Shown in pieces: positions 26,301 to 37,300 of a stretch of 64,000 nucleotides of DNA (its first letter is position 1; the number at the start of each line of letters is the position of its first letter). The translations under genes and the position numbers were made by a program. This DNA comes from Phoronis australis (Eukaryota > Animalia > Phoronida). The stretch is from positions 392,952 to 456,951 of the forward strand of contig NMRA01000072.1 of assembly GCA_002633005.1 (NCBI GenBank), read 5' to 3'. Below the pieces are notes generated by a model. The model was not told the DNA's origin, searched no databases, and worked only from the letters and a program-made list of their open reading frames with translations.

Positions 26301-29300
26301 TGGGTCACACTGCCAAACCCTTGAGTCAGGTCTCCAACTCCTCAACTCGGTTTTACTACATGTTAATAAAGCATAAAAATGGTGATCAGTGCAATGGACC
26401 CACATGCGCGGCCTGTGCACGTCTGGTACAAGGTGTACCAGACCGCCTACAATAAATTTTTTTAAGTCCTGAACAACTGTGATTAGGTTGCCACCTGAAA
26501 TCATTTAGAAATAATGTTAGTTTTCAACCAGGACTCTTTCTTCAGGTTTAAAGGTTAGAGTCGTGAAATCATAAACGGACATTTTATCAGTCGAAACGTC
26601 CAATCTTGGTGCCATTAAATTTAATGTAGGACTTTTTAGGGCAATAGTCTGATATAGCATGCCTGCATTTTGAGAATCAGTTTACTTAACTGAATAACAG
26701 GCATCAAACTGGTTCTTAAAATGTGGGCATGTTATATCCGACTATTCCCCTTTTTGGAGTAGCCCATCTGCAACTGTGGGTTTGACATCACCAATGCATG
26801 TTGCAGGGCTTGGAATTTTCCGCGGAAACGCGGATTTCCGCTTTTTTCAAATGTTCTTTCCTCGTATTTTATTATATTTCCGCGTAAAAAAAAAATCGGA
26901 TTTGATATAAAATTTCCGCGGCAAATGTCTTTCTTACCGCCGCGTTGCCGACGACTTTCACCTCGAAAAGCAGAAGTTGCTCTTTATGTTTCGGAGGAAC
27001 GTAAATTGTCAACATTGCCGNNNNNNNNNNNNNNNNNNNNNNNNNNNNNNNNNNNNNNNNNNNNNNNNNNNNNNNNNNNNNNNNNNNNNNNNNNNNNNNN
27101 NNNNNNNNNNNNNNNNNNNNNNNNNNNNNNNNNNNNNNNNNNNNNNNNNNNNNNNNNNNNNNNNNNNNNNNNNNNNNNNNNNNNNNNNNNNNNNTTCATG
27201 ACATCACTGTCTTAGTTTAGTAAGTGACTATTATGATTGTTTATGGTTATTACTGAGGCAGTACACTAAGACACACACGCAAGGTAGACTTCAAGAGCGT
27301 GTTTGTTATGCTCAAACTGTAATGTTTTACCACAAACATAAAAAGTATGTCAGTTGGACTGTAAATCAAAAATGTTTTACATTCATTTTAACTATTCCCA
27401 AAAAATAAAAAGTAATCTCAATTCAACAAAGTACAAAGTGTTTTACAACATACCTGAATTGCTTATTAATCATAATCATATAATTATTATAAACTACTAT
27501 AAACTATTGGTAACCTGTGATTTGCTGTCATTGTAAAAAATTCAGTAATAACAAATGTGGGGAGGCTTAATTCAACATTTCTGATCGAAGCCTTGTTATA
27601 AGTCCTTTTTGAAACGTCCCCCAGGAGAGTTTTCCGTTTCTTGAAACCATGATAACGCCGATGTCTACTGAGCACTATTGCTTGTGTCTTCTTTCAGCTG
27701 ATCACGCCCATTCTGCGTTGTCTTGGTAACATCAGTAGTGGACCAGATGAATACAGTGAGAGTGCCTGTCAGAACGAGAGTTTACTGCCAGCACTGGGCA
27801 AGTTCCTTCAGGCAGAAGAAAAACACATTATGAAGAAAGAGTGTTTGTGGGTCATCTCAAATATGACTGGTAAGCATCTGGAGGTTGTAATGTTTCTAGG
27901 GGTCGTTGAGAGTCCGTGGGTCGTCTCAATGATGACTGGTGAGTCTCAGGAAGTCGTAGATGTAGGGATGGGCCTCTAACTGGGCAGAGTTGTCTTAGGT
28001 AGGTATTTTGCCCTCCTGGGTATCATCTCAGGTGGGTATTTTGGCTCTGTTGTATTGATGGTAGAGATCCCATGGGTATTTTGGCCTTGTGTTGTGTGAT
28101 CAGTGGTATTGTCTTGGGTTGGTAAACAAAGTCGCGACCGGGGATTGCTTCAAGCAGGTTTTCCTCATGTGACATTGTCTCAGATACCCATTTTCTGGGA
28201 GGTTGATCAGGAGTTTACCCATTGATTTTGTGTGGAAGAGACCCCTGTGTATGTCTTTGCTAGGACGACTGTTTGCGTTACTATCCTCTGAAATAAGCTT
28301 TGTGTAAAAATTTAGATTCTCTATTATTTTCTAACCAGTAGAAGCTTCGGCCAAAACCTTTGAAAAGTGTGTCCACTGGACCCCAGTGTTAGAAAGTGTA
28401 GAGTGAACACTGCTTGTTATATATATATCACTAATTCTCTGTGGATTAATTCAAACTGCACAAAATTGGCTCTTGCATTCTATAGGTGATGCCAAAGTTT
28501 GTTCTGTCGTACTGAAAAATGGTCTCCACGAGTCTATCATCCCTCTGTTGGACACTGCTTATGATGTTCGCAAGGAGGTAAGACCAAAGACAGTTCTGTT
28601 CTTTTCTATGATTACATAAAACCGGTTCCTCTGAAAATTTAAACTTTTCTCTTTTGGTCCAAAGTCACGATTTTATAGGCAGATTTTGATAAATAATGAA
28701 ACAAGTAACATCAAAACCGCTTAAGTTTAAGAATATCTGTGGAAGCTTTAAAAGCGTCATCTCCTACTCGAGCCTAAAATTAAGCACAAGGTTAGTGTAA
28801 GTATCATAAACCTCGCTTGAATTTAAGCATATCTGTACAAATTCTGAAATCAACATCTCCTACTCTGGCTTAAAATTAAGCACAAGTCTCACTCACATAA
28901 ATCCTGCTTAAATTTAAGAATAACTGTACANNNNNNNNNNNNNNNNNNNNNNNNNNNNNNNNNNNNNNNNNNNNNNNNNNNNNNNNNNNNNNNNNNNNNN
29001 NNNNNNNNNNNNNNNNNNNNNNNNNNNNNNNNNNNNNAAAAAATGTTCATTGAAATTATAGACACATGGTGAACAGAGACACCTGGTGGCTGCCAAAAGT
29101 ATTGCTCACAGGCTACTTTAGTTTTTGACAATATTGGACAAGACAACTAGTTCTTGTCGGTCAGTCATCTAAGTTCTTAACAGGTCCTCCTGGAGGCAAT
29201 TTGTTTGCAAGTGTTGGATTTTATATTTTAACATATTAAAAATAATTAAAAAATTATGGGTCATGGGTTGGAGAAATAAATGAAAAATACGGGCGGTGGG

Positions 29301-29897
29301 TACGAAATAAAAGTGCCTTCCCCCCCCTCCCATACAGATTTTGCTGGAACAGCCCTAAGTAAATTGTAATCAAATTCACCACAAAAGTGTCAACATTCCT
29401 ATTGTTATAATCATCATTGATACTGTTACACGTTATAAACAAACACAGAGGAATTTCTACATATTTTTTTGATATTCTGTTCAGCTGCAAAAAAAGATAA
29501 CTAGACAGAGAATTCAATAATTTCCGCCGTGTAATATTGCTCATTAGAATACTGTCAGCGAGAATGAAGATAGCATTATTTTAGAAAGTTACACGAGGCT
29601 CATCTCTTAATGCCATGGATGTGAACATATTTCTGTTTTCACTGTATCTACCGCACTTTGTTATCCGATCATCCATCGCCATGCACATGCTGAATGCTGA
29701 ATGTGCCAAGTGCTATTCTAAGATATTGCTATATTCCTTTGTAGAAAAATGCCACAGAGTTCTTTGAAGCCAATGGGGGCATGGATGGGTTGGAGGCTAC
29801 AGAGTACAGCAGTGAGGACAGTATCCGTACCATGACCAGCGACCTCTTGGAGAAGTACTTTGAAAAGGACGACTCAGCAAATGCTGTTGTGGAGTAG
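11329..29897 (+). CDS. TMCO6: TMCO6 / importin-alpha-like armadillo-repeat protein
   Basis: Exons: 11329-11407, 17001-17098, 17702-17814, 18539-18722, 19998-20102, 21015-21091, 23808-23921, 25312-25411, 27698-27869, 28486-28577, 29745-29897, all GT-AG and phase-consistent (428 aa as assembled; one late exon probably missing). IBB-like N-terminus [31 protein letters not shown]6-like [27 protein letters not shown] motifs [39 protein letters not shown]. Confidence 0.85.
12453..14805. repeat. Near-identical ~490-bp duplication (12453-12945 = 14313-14805); the first copy ends at an 'n' join
   Basis: Identical except for one visible SNP (gagcgtta/gagcatta). n at 12946. Confidence 0.85.
13048..15720. 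mobile_element. 2.67-kb non-autonomous hAT-like DNA transposon with 5-bp TSD (hAT5-like) in TMCO6 intron 1
   Basis: TIRs CAGGGTTCGAC / GTCGAGCCCTG. Exact direct repeat CCTAT at 13043-13047 and 15721-15725. Subterminal AGGTCGC/CAGCTCGC repeats at both ends. No transposase ORF recognised. Confidence 0.8.
18022..18218 (+). repeat. 38-bp minisatellite, ~5 copies, TMCO6 intron 3
   Basis: Unit GACTAAG(C/T)TACCC(A/G)TAGACTGATATTTAGCCAAGTCAT starts at 18022, 18060, 18098, 18136 and 18174. Confidence 0.9.
20589..20646 (+). mobile_element. Terminal fragment of a Harbinger-like MITE truncated at an 'n' join
   Basis: GGGCTGTTCCAGTAAAATCTGTATGGGAGGGGGGGAAGGCAC; reverse-complement copy at 29297-29355. 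Confidence 0.55.
23975..24711. repeat. 368-bp tandem duplication around a single 'n' (probable assembly/haplotype overlap artefact)
   Basis: 23975-24342 = 24344-24711 with ~2 SNPs; n at 24343. Confidence 0.85.
26235..26462 (+). mobile_element. tRNA-derived SINE, family A
   Basis: A-box-like GTGGCCTAGTGTG, B-box-like TTCAAGTCCC, and an A/T-rich tail. Homologous inverted copies at ~44113-44335 and ~52150-52325. Confidence 0.7.
26804..27020 (+). mobile_element. Left end of a CAGGGCTTGG hAT-like element running into an N-gap
   Basis: Highly similar to 59329-59542 (CAGGGCTTGGAATTTTCCGCGGAAACGCGG...). Confidence 0.75.
29297..29355 (-). mobile_element. Terminal fragment of a Harbinger-like MITE (inverted relative to the 20589 copy)
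   Basis: AAAAGTGCCTTCCCCCCCTCCCATACAGATTTTGCTGGAACAGCCC|taa. Confidence 0.55.
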
Positions 29898-30404
29898 GAT
29901 TCGTTGTCATAGTGACGGGATATAATTCCAGATTCAATTAGTGACCCTTTTATTTTTTGATGGACCAGTTATTTTTGGTTGTTAAGGGTGTAAGTTAAAG
30001 GAATCTGCCTTTTTATATATGCTTATTAGATGTAGGTTCAAGTGTAAAACTTATCGGTCAGTGTTAGTTGTGAACTACTGACATTGTAATTATGAATTAG
30101 AGACATGCTTGCTCTGAGTAAACGAGATCTGTGTTCATTCTTTGACCAATATTGTAAAACCATTCGATACACCTCATTCACAGTTCAGCGAACATCTCGA
30201 AGCTTTTCTACAGCATTCAGTGTTACCAAAATTTGCAATAACAAAATCAATTTGTGCACATTACAACTGAATTGGGGAATGGAATGTTAGATGTGAGCCA
30301 ACGTTGTAAACCAGGCTCGTTGTAACACGGTTTTACTGGAATAGAAAACTGAGGACTTTCCCCCAAGATATTGCGGAGTTTTAGAAATGCTCAAGAAGCT
30401 CAGA

Positions 30405-30645
30405 GGTTCAGCAAGGGTGAAGTACCAACGCTACCCCAAATCATGACGAGAGGGCCGGGTTTGAATTCTGACATGGCTTCTAACTCTACTGGGTTGTAGG
30501 AGTACCAGGTGGCAATACTGAATGGCAGCTTTCATCCTTCATCTTATGTACTCCCTTGGAAATGAATAATTCAACCACAAATGCTTCCATAGTGGTGGCA
30601 CTTTGTCAAAAACGTGCCATAGAAGTGCCGTAATTGTTATGTGGC
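30405..30645 (+). mobile_element. Degenerate SINE in the TMCO6 3' UTR
   Basis: B-box-like GGTTTGAATTC, central GAATGGCAGC...TATGTACTCCCTTGG, and a tail resembling LINE2-type SINE ends (inference). Confidence 0.4.
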
Positions 30646-30728
30646 AGCCTGTAAATGTACACGTTTTTTCATTTCAACGTATGTACATAATAAGTTTTAA
30701 TTTCTTGATTTTATATTCTGTAAAAGTT

Positions 30729-30734
30729 AATAAA
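30729..30734 (+). other. Candidate polyadenylation signal of TMCO6
   Basis: AATAAA ~830 nt after the stop, followed by T-rich sequence. Confidence 0.45.
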
Positions 30735-30875
30735 TTTGTCCTATGTTTTTAAACATTGTTTTCTTATGCTAACTGATGTAAAATTGTTACATGTAACATG
30801 GCGAGGCTGTTATTTTCCCCCAACAGTTCCAGGTACAGGAAATATCTGCCTAGTAATAAATCCAACTTCCATTAT

Positions 30876-31072
30876 TGGGGCTTGGAAAGACTAATGACAA
30901 AAAAAGAGGGGATGCATTGTTCCACAAATAAATATGCTTGTGTTATAAACTTTAACTGAAACATTTTTGCATGAATAAAGTCAATTTTATAATGGTAAAA
31001 AAGATGAAAAAAGAAGAAACTGGAAATCAAAACCAAACGGAAATCTTCTTAAAAGAAAAATTCCAAGCCCTG
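30876..31072. mobile_element. ~200-bp hAT MITE (CAGGGCTTGG family) with 8-bp TSD
   Basis: Left TGGGGCTTGGAAA, right TTCCAAGCCCTG. Flanks TCCATTAT / TCCATTTT (7/8 match). A related end sits at ~62448-62520. Confidence 0.65.
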
Positions 31073-32932
31073 TCCATTTTGAGCATTGAACACTACAAAA
31101 CAAACATCAAAATATTCAATTTCCATTGCTTAACATCAGTCACCCCTGTAGTATTGCAGTGCAGTGTATCAAACTAGACGTGAGCATTTTCTATAGAACA
31201 CAGGTGCATACCTGCCACGTTTTCCCACCAAATCACCTCCCACGTGAAATAATTGCACGGGTTATTACCGATGGTTATTCACTTTTCAGGGTTTTACAAA
31301 AGGCCAGTTTAAGATATAACAGTTTATTATTTCATAAGTGCTCATCTACCAAGAATAAAATAATAGAGCTTAACAACATAAGACATAGCACCATTACATA
31401 ACAATACAATCTCTTCAGTTGAAATTAACCATAGTCTTGCGTTTGCAACTCTGTCGTTATAAGGTAATGTATGTGAAGCTACGCAAGAAACGGCAAAATT
31501 CGCATAAGTCAAAAGTCGGGTGGTTAGCGATATTTTATGAGTAAACCAAAATTGAAATTGATCCGAATAGCCAAGTGCATAAACTAAACTTGTACCGTGG
31601 AACTTTGCTGAGTGAAAATCTGACTGGCACAAGACTGATTTATGCGAGTTTTACTGTACATGTACAAACGAACGAGCAGCACTAAGTTTCAAAGTTTACA
31701 TCACCATTTGGAGCATAACATGAGCTACCTCTCGAGCCATGTCGGCACACTACAGTAATAGTCATATACAACTTTATTGCCGACGTTATATACAACTATT
31801 TGAACGTGTAGATGAATGTCCAAACAAGATGGTGTGTGCAGACCATCGTTTGCACAGTTATTAAAGAATATCATATGACTACAGTGTGTGAGTAAAATCT
31901 ACTGACAAGCCAAGATTTGAAAAAAATACACTGATTTATCATAACCTTTGACAGTTATCATCTCGTGTACTTATGATGTGCGCTCTTAAATGTGCAGCAC
32001 AGTTTGCAAATAGTTTGTAGTGGAAAATAAAGTACTTCTTCATAGTTCGGTACTGTGACCTGATGAGTGTTTTATACTCGAGGCCCAGTTTCACCAAAAT
32101 CATATAAAGTTAGTGTGCCTGTCACGTGACAACCTACACCAGATGGCCATTGCTATGAATGGTCAAGAGTTCGTCTTGGTAGCCAATAAACACTTACCAT
32201 CTAGTACAAATCTAGCTACCAGTGCCGAAATATTTCTAAAACTGCAGTTCAACAACATCATATCTTAAACATTACGTAGAAGCTAATCCCTGATGGTCAT
32301 GTGACAAGATTTGTTTTAACGTCAAACAAATGAATTAATAAAAATAATTATTTTTAAAGCCGTCTACTGAGCATAACCAAGGGACAGCACAATGATCAAC
32401 GAAGGTTAAAATGACAGACCTCAACATAGCACATGTAACATTTTGACAAACGTGCCTTCATTATAATATGGAATATTCGGCCCAAATTTGGAAAACTAGT
32501 TAACATTTTCACAGTGGAAAAACTACAGTACAGTAGTCACAAGAATTAAACTGGTCACAGTTAATTTTTACTTTAATTTGAACTTGAATTTATAAATTAT
32601 GACACAGTAACACCAACAGTTGCATTACTGGCCTCCTTGGTAAACAACAGATATGAACCAGTGATCAGTGCTAAGCTTCATATCGGAAACAGCTAATAAA
32701 ATTCAAATGTCAGTGCTATACATTATGCTCAGTGCTATTATAATACTTAATTATACTTCAACGTTATAATGAGTTCTACTCATCCAGATTCTGGAGGCTA
32801 GCATGTTACTCTTGTAAATACTCAACAAATTAGGTACAATTTTGTTGAAGGCTAATTAATGTGAATTCCTCTCTATGGCTCTAACCAAAGGCTAATGGAT
32901 GCATTTTAACGTGCACGAGGTACTTCTGTTAA

Positions 32933-33652
32933 AGGGGAATGTTAACTTTTTAAGGCATTTTGGGTAAATTTGTCAAGCTCCACATGCCATAAAAGTAATA
33001 CGAACATTTTTCATAAAAATGAGATTAATGAAAATAACAATTCTTCAAAACAGAAGAGTGACGCAGTAAACAAGCTGCAAACATGACAGCCAGCCCAAGT
33101 AAGCTGTAATCTCTCCCTTTTCCAATCTGATGACAGCAGGAATTAATTTTAGGAGCACTCCCTGTGTCATAGGTGCAAAAACAATTACATTGACGTGCTG
33201 AGATTGCTTAGTTCAGGCCACTGGGCGCATTAAAATTTTAAATGAAAAAGGACAATAAACTAACATGGCCCATAGGTCCTCCAAATAAACCCATACACTT
33301 CTACCCATGAGGGACAATTCACCCATACCCACATTTTTTAAAAATGAATCTTATAACAGTGCTGAATGGTCAAGGCACCAGCCCATTTTTAGTCGTCGCC
33401 TTGGTATGTAACAATTTGACTTGAGCAATTTTGACAGAAACGGGTGATAAATCAAAAACAACTGTACAGTGATTCTGACTTGGAGCAATAGCATTGCGCC
33501 ATTTGCTCAGTTTCATAACTCCCACTTTGAAGAACTGCCATTTTCATTAATTTTGGTTATTAAAATCAACTAAAATGCCTTTAAAGCAAGTAACATGCAG
33601 TACATGTACACTAAGTTGACCAAAGGCACCTTCCAAACAGAAACATTCCCCT
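32933..33652. mobile_element. 720-bp Kolobok-like non-autonomous element (TTAA TSD)
   Basis: ttaa|AGGGGAATGTT ... AACATTCCCCT|ttaa: perfect 11-bp TIRs with TTAA on both sides. Confidence 0.75.
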
Positions 33653-34317
33653 TTAAAATGTTGTATCCAATAGCTGGCTCATTTCAATAAATGATTTACA
33701 ATTAAAATATAGATAACTTAAACTAAATATTATTTTAATTACTGTACAGTATTATCTATCGGTAAAGCACTGAAATTGTCATGGACTGTTCAAAATTTTC
33801 ATAATTCTCCCCAAACTATTGTGATGCAATAATATGACACGGAAAAAATGAGCAAAATTTCCTGTTGAGTTATATTATACCTCAGTCTGCACCTTGAATA
33901 CAGGATCATGTGAATTTTAATGCTTGCCCATAATACTGCAACAAAATTTACCAAGATTTAAAAAAAATGAGAGGAGTGGAATGGCATTATAAAAATTCTT
34001 TACCGTACACTTGACATGTGATAATGGTAATAATGGTGAAAACGTCCCAACAATGGATGAAATATTCCAGATTTCAAAAATTGTCTAGCTGTTTTTAAGT
34101 TATGATAAAAACTGTGACGGCGGAAGTGAATACTAGGTGATTGTCCATAAATTTAGTCAAAAGCATAAAACCACTACTGACATAACTACACATGCGCCAG
34201 TAACAACATTATGCATTGACAGCCAAAAAGGAATTTGAAACAAAAACCAGGATACTTTAACCTACAGCCAGTAGGAAGAGAATTACCCACACACTTGTGG
34301 GTAGCAAGTTTTGTTGA

Positions 34318-37300
34318 CTACTGCATGTAGAAATTTTTATTGCCAAGCTGTTCAGCACTCTTACGTGCCGCAAGTTTGGTGAGCGGGTGTGTCTTGCCAT
34401 GGTGTTGTCGCTCTTTTACAGACTCAACGCCACCTAATGCAGGCACGGAACGTTTGTCTAAGGCACTTTGGTCATAGCCCTTACTGTTTCGTGACTTCTC
34501 CGACCACGACGAAGACCTCTCTCGAAGCAGCGGTGACAAGACATCCTCACACGGAGGACTAGGAGACTTCTGAGCCTTCAAGCTTTGTGTCCTCTGAACA
34601 GAACTCCCTTTCACCTTGTCCGTTATTTCAATAGTAAGCGGTCTGTGAAGAAAGCTAAGGTCTGGAATAAACGATTGATAGATTTCCGAACGAGGTCTCG
34701 GTTTACTCTCAAACTTCCCTACTAAATTTTTAACTGAAATGTCGCTTTCCGAACTTGAGCAAGGAGTTGTGTCCTCAGAAACAATGTGGTTGCCATTGTT
34801 TCCCTTACCTGCACATAACGCTGGCTCCTGGTTGAGGCAACTAGCATGATCAAACACTTCATTCTCAGATACCTCTTTGTCACAGTGTGCTTTTGCTACT
34901 TCAGATACTGAGTTCTCTTCAAACAGACTTCGTCTCTTGGACACGTAACCTTGTTTATTCAAAATGTGATCCGATATCTCTGATGGCTTCTCTATAGACG
35001 CACAGTCATCCTCCAACATCTCTTCGGGTTCAGATTCGCTAGCAAACCTTTTCTTCTCCTTTTCCAACATGAGGCTATCTTCAAACTGACTCAAGCGCTT
35101 TGATACCGCTCTCGACTGCTCCAACAGTTGGATTTCATCGTCGCAGTTGTCCAATTGAGATTCAGGCTCAGTGCATTCAAAATCATCTTTTTTCACCTTG
35201 TTTTCATTGACGTCTTCAGAATCCAAACAAATAATGTAGTCTGGTGAGCTAGGAGGCTCATAGGTACAAAAATCGTCTATTTTCTTAACATTTTCCTCCC
35301 TTTTCTCTATTGCCATGGTGATTCTCTTGACAAGGCCACACTTTGGCATTGAGTCTGTCGGTTCAGCTAAGTCTTCCGAGGTCTCCAGATTACCCAGCAA
35401 ACGAGACCCTATTTCACGAATGAGGTGTAACGTTTCAGCGTTCATGCGACTTTCCAATGGAGCAAGTGACGAAGAAGGTGATTCATTCTCCTGATTGAGC
35501 AAATCTGTCTGTTTAGTATAATTTTCATAGCCTGAAAAGACATAAAGTAATTGCATAGTGAAGTAGTGAATCCTTATGACACCGGCAACAATATGCTAGC
35601 GTTAAAAACAAAATCGAAAAAACCACGTAGGAAATGAGGCAAATTTCTAAGCTACAAAATTTTGGGTACTAAATTCACTGCTGATTCGGTGCCATTTAAA
35701 AAAAAATCTTCATGATTTTTGCAAATGCGTTGAAGAAATTACAACAAAGACAAAGGGGATTTGGCATTTTTAAATAACGATTGTTATTATACCATTCTCT
35801 TTTACCGGGATTAAAATCACAGAGCGACAATTCCACAGAACAAACAACAGTGTATTTAACAACAACAACAACAACAACATCAATCATGGTTCTGTAGGAG
35901 GTCATTTCAATGAGACAAACGTGACTCCATGAAAACGGGATAAGAGGCAATGAGTGATAGCAACATGATCCAAAGAGACACTGCAACCATACTGCCTGCA
36001 GACACTACACATCACAGTATATACTGCACAAGGAGCGGCACAAAATAAATGAAAAACATACCAGCCCATTTTTCATTTAAGTGACACACATTTCCTTATG
36101 TGAAAATCTTCAACGAATACAAACAACAAGAAAATCGTGTTCACTCTTAGCAAGGTTGTACCGTAGAATTGCAGACCTGTGTACCACCCAAACTGCATTG
36201 GAGTACTCCGAACTACAGATTTGCAGATTTTCTAGTAAATTCACAGATTCCCATGTACAGACCAAATTTACTTTCACTATCTGACCGACTAAAAAAAAGG
36301 AGGGGGCTTTGCTTAGTGTTCAGACCTTTCGCACTGAATTCTTGCCTCTTTAGAGGACTTTTGTGTTGTTTCCTCGGACTTTCGGTTATGGAATTCATTC
36401 AACCCCCTGGGTACGCGTATAGGTTCATTTTTCTACTTGCTTACCTGTCAAACACTTTCTAAAACACACGTAGTGAATTGATCACCAATTTTCAGAATAA
36501 CTTAAGTTGTTTAGTTGAGGGATAACGCACATAGTGAAAAGGTCCTGTTAATGAAATGTCCTTACTGAACTAAGTTATGTTAATGCATGCCTAATGTACA
36601 CCTCGTCATTTCATAACACAACAACATATCTGCAAAAATGTGTTGATGAATCTGCACTGGACAATGTTTTGCATTGATATTTTCTTAGCCATTCACAAAA
36701 GTTTTGAATAATTATTCATTGGATGTGTCAGTGATCACGTACCACTGTACTGCATGCGAAAAGACCTGGAGTCGAGGCTTGACTCCTTGAGACCTAGAGA
36801 CTCGACTGGGGATCGAGTATTATCGTCAGCTCAACACGCTATAAAGTCAGTGCAGTCACCATGTCCGCAAAAATTACGCTATACAACTTGCAGTATAAAT
36901 TCCACGGTCCCTTGGATAAGACATTGTCATTCTTTGGAATAACGTCGCAAAAACAGATGTTCCCTTCTTTCTGAAGCTACTTTCTTGACAGCTCGGAATA
37001 TGCGACCACACGTGCTTTGCCATTTTGTCAACAGTACGTATTTAGCCGTAAATAGCCAGAATAAGACGAAGTAAGCAATCCACAAATCACAGAAGTCGTT
37101 GCTTATAGGTTAGGCCTGTGAAACACATGCCGATAGAAGACGCCTCGCGATTTGCCGATTATCAGGCTATTTCGAGAATGAAACAAGGAAGTTTTCCGAG
37201 TTTGTTGCTAAACTTTTTAACTAAAATAATGGATTTACAATATCTTTTTTTCATTTCTAACTTTAAAACCTCCTTCCTCGTCTGTTTAGACTACAAATCT

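Noticed and set aside
26235-26310. tRNA-like A/B boxes
   Set aside because: No cloverleaf; this is the head of a multi-copy SINE.
36213-36398. 61-aa sense-strand ORF in the last SSH intron
   Set aside because: An in-frame TGA lies immediately upstream and there is no phase-compatible acceptor.
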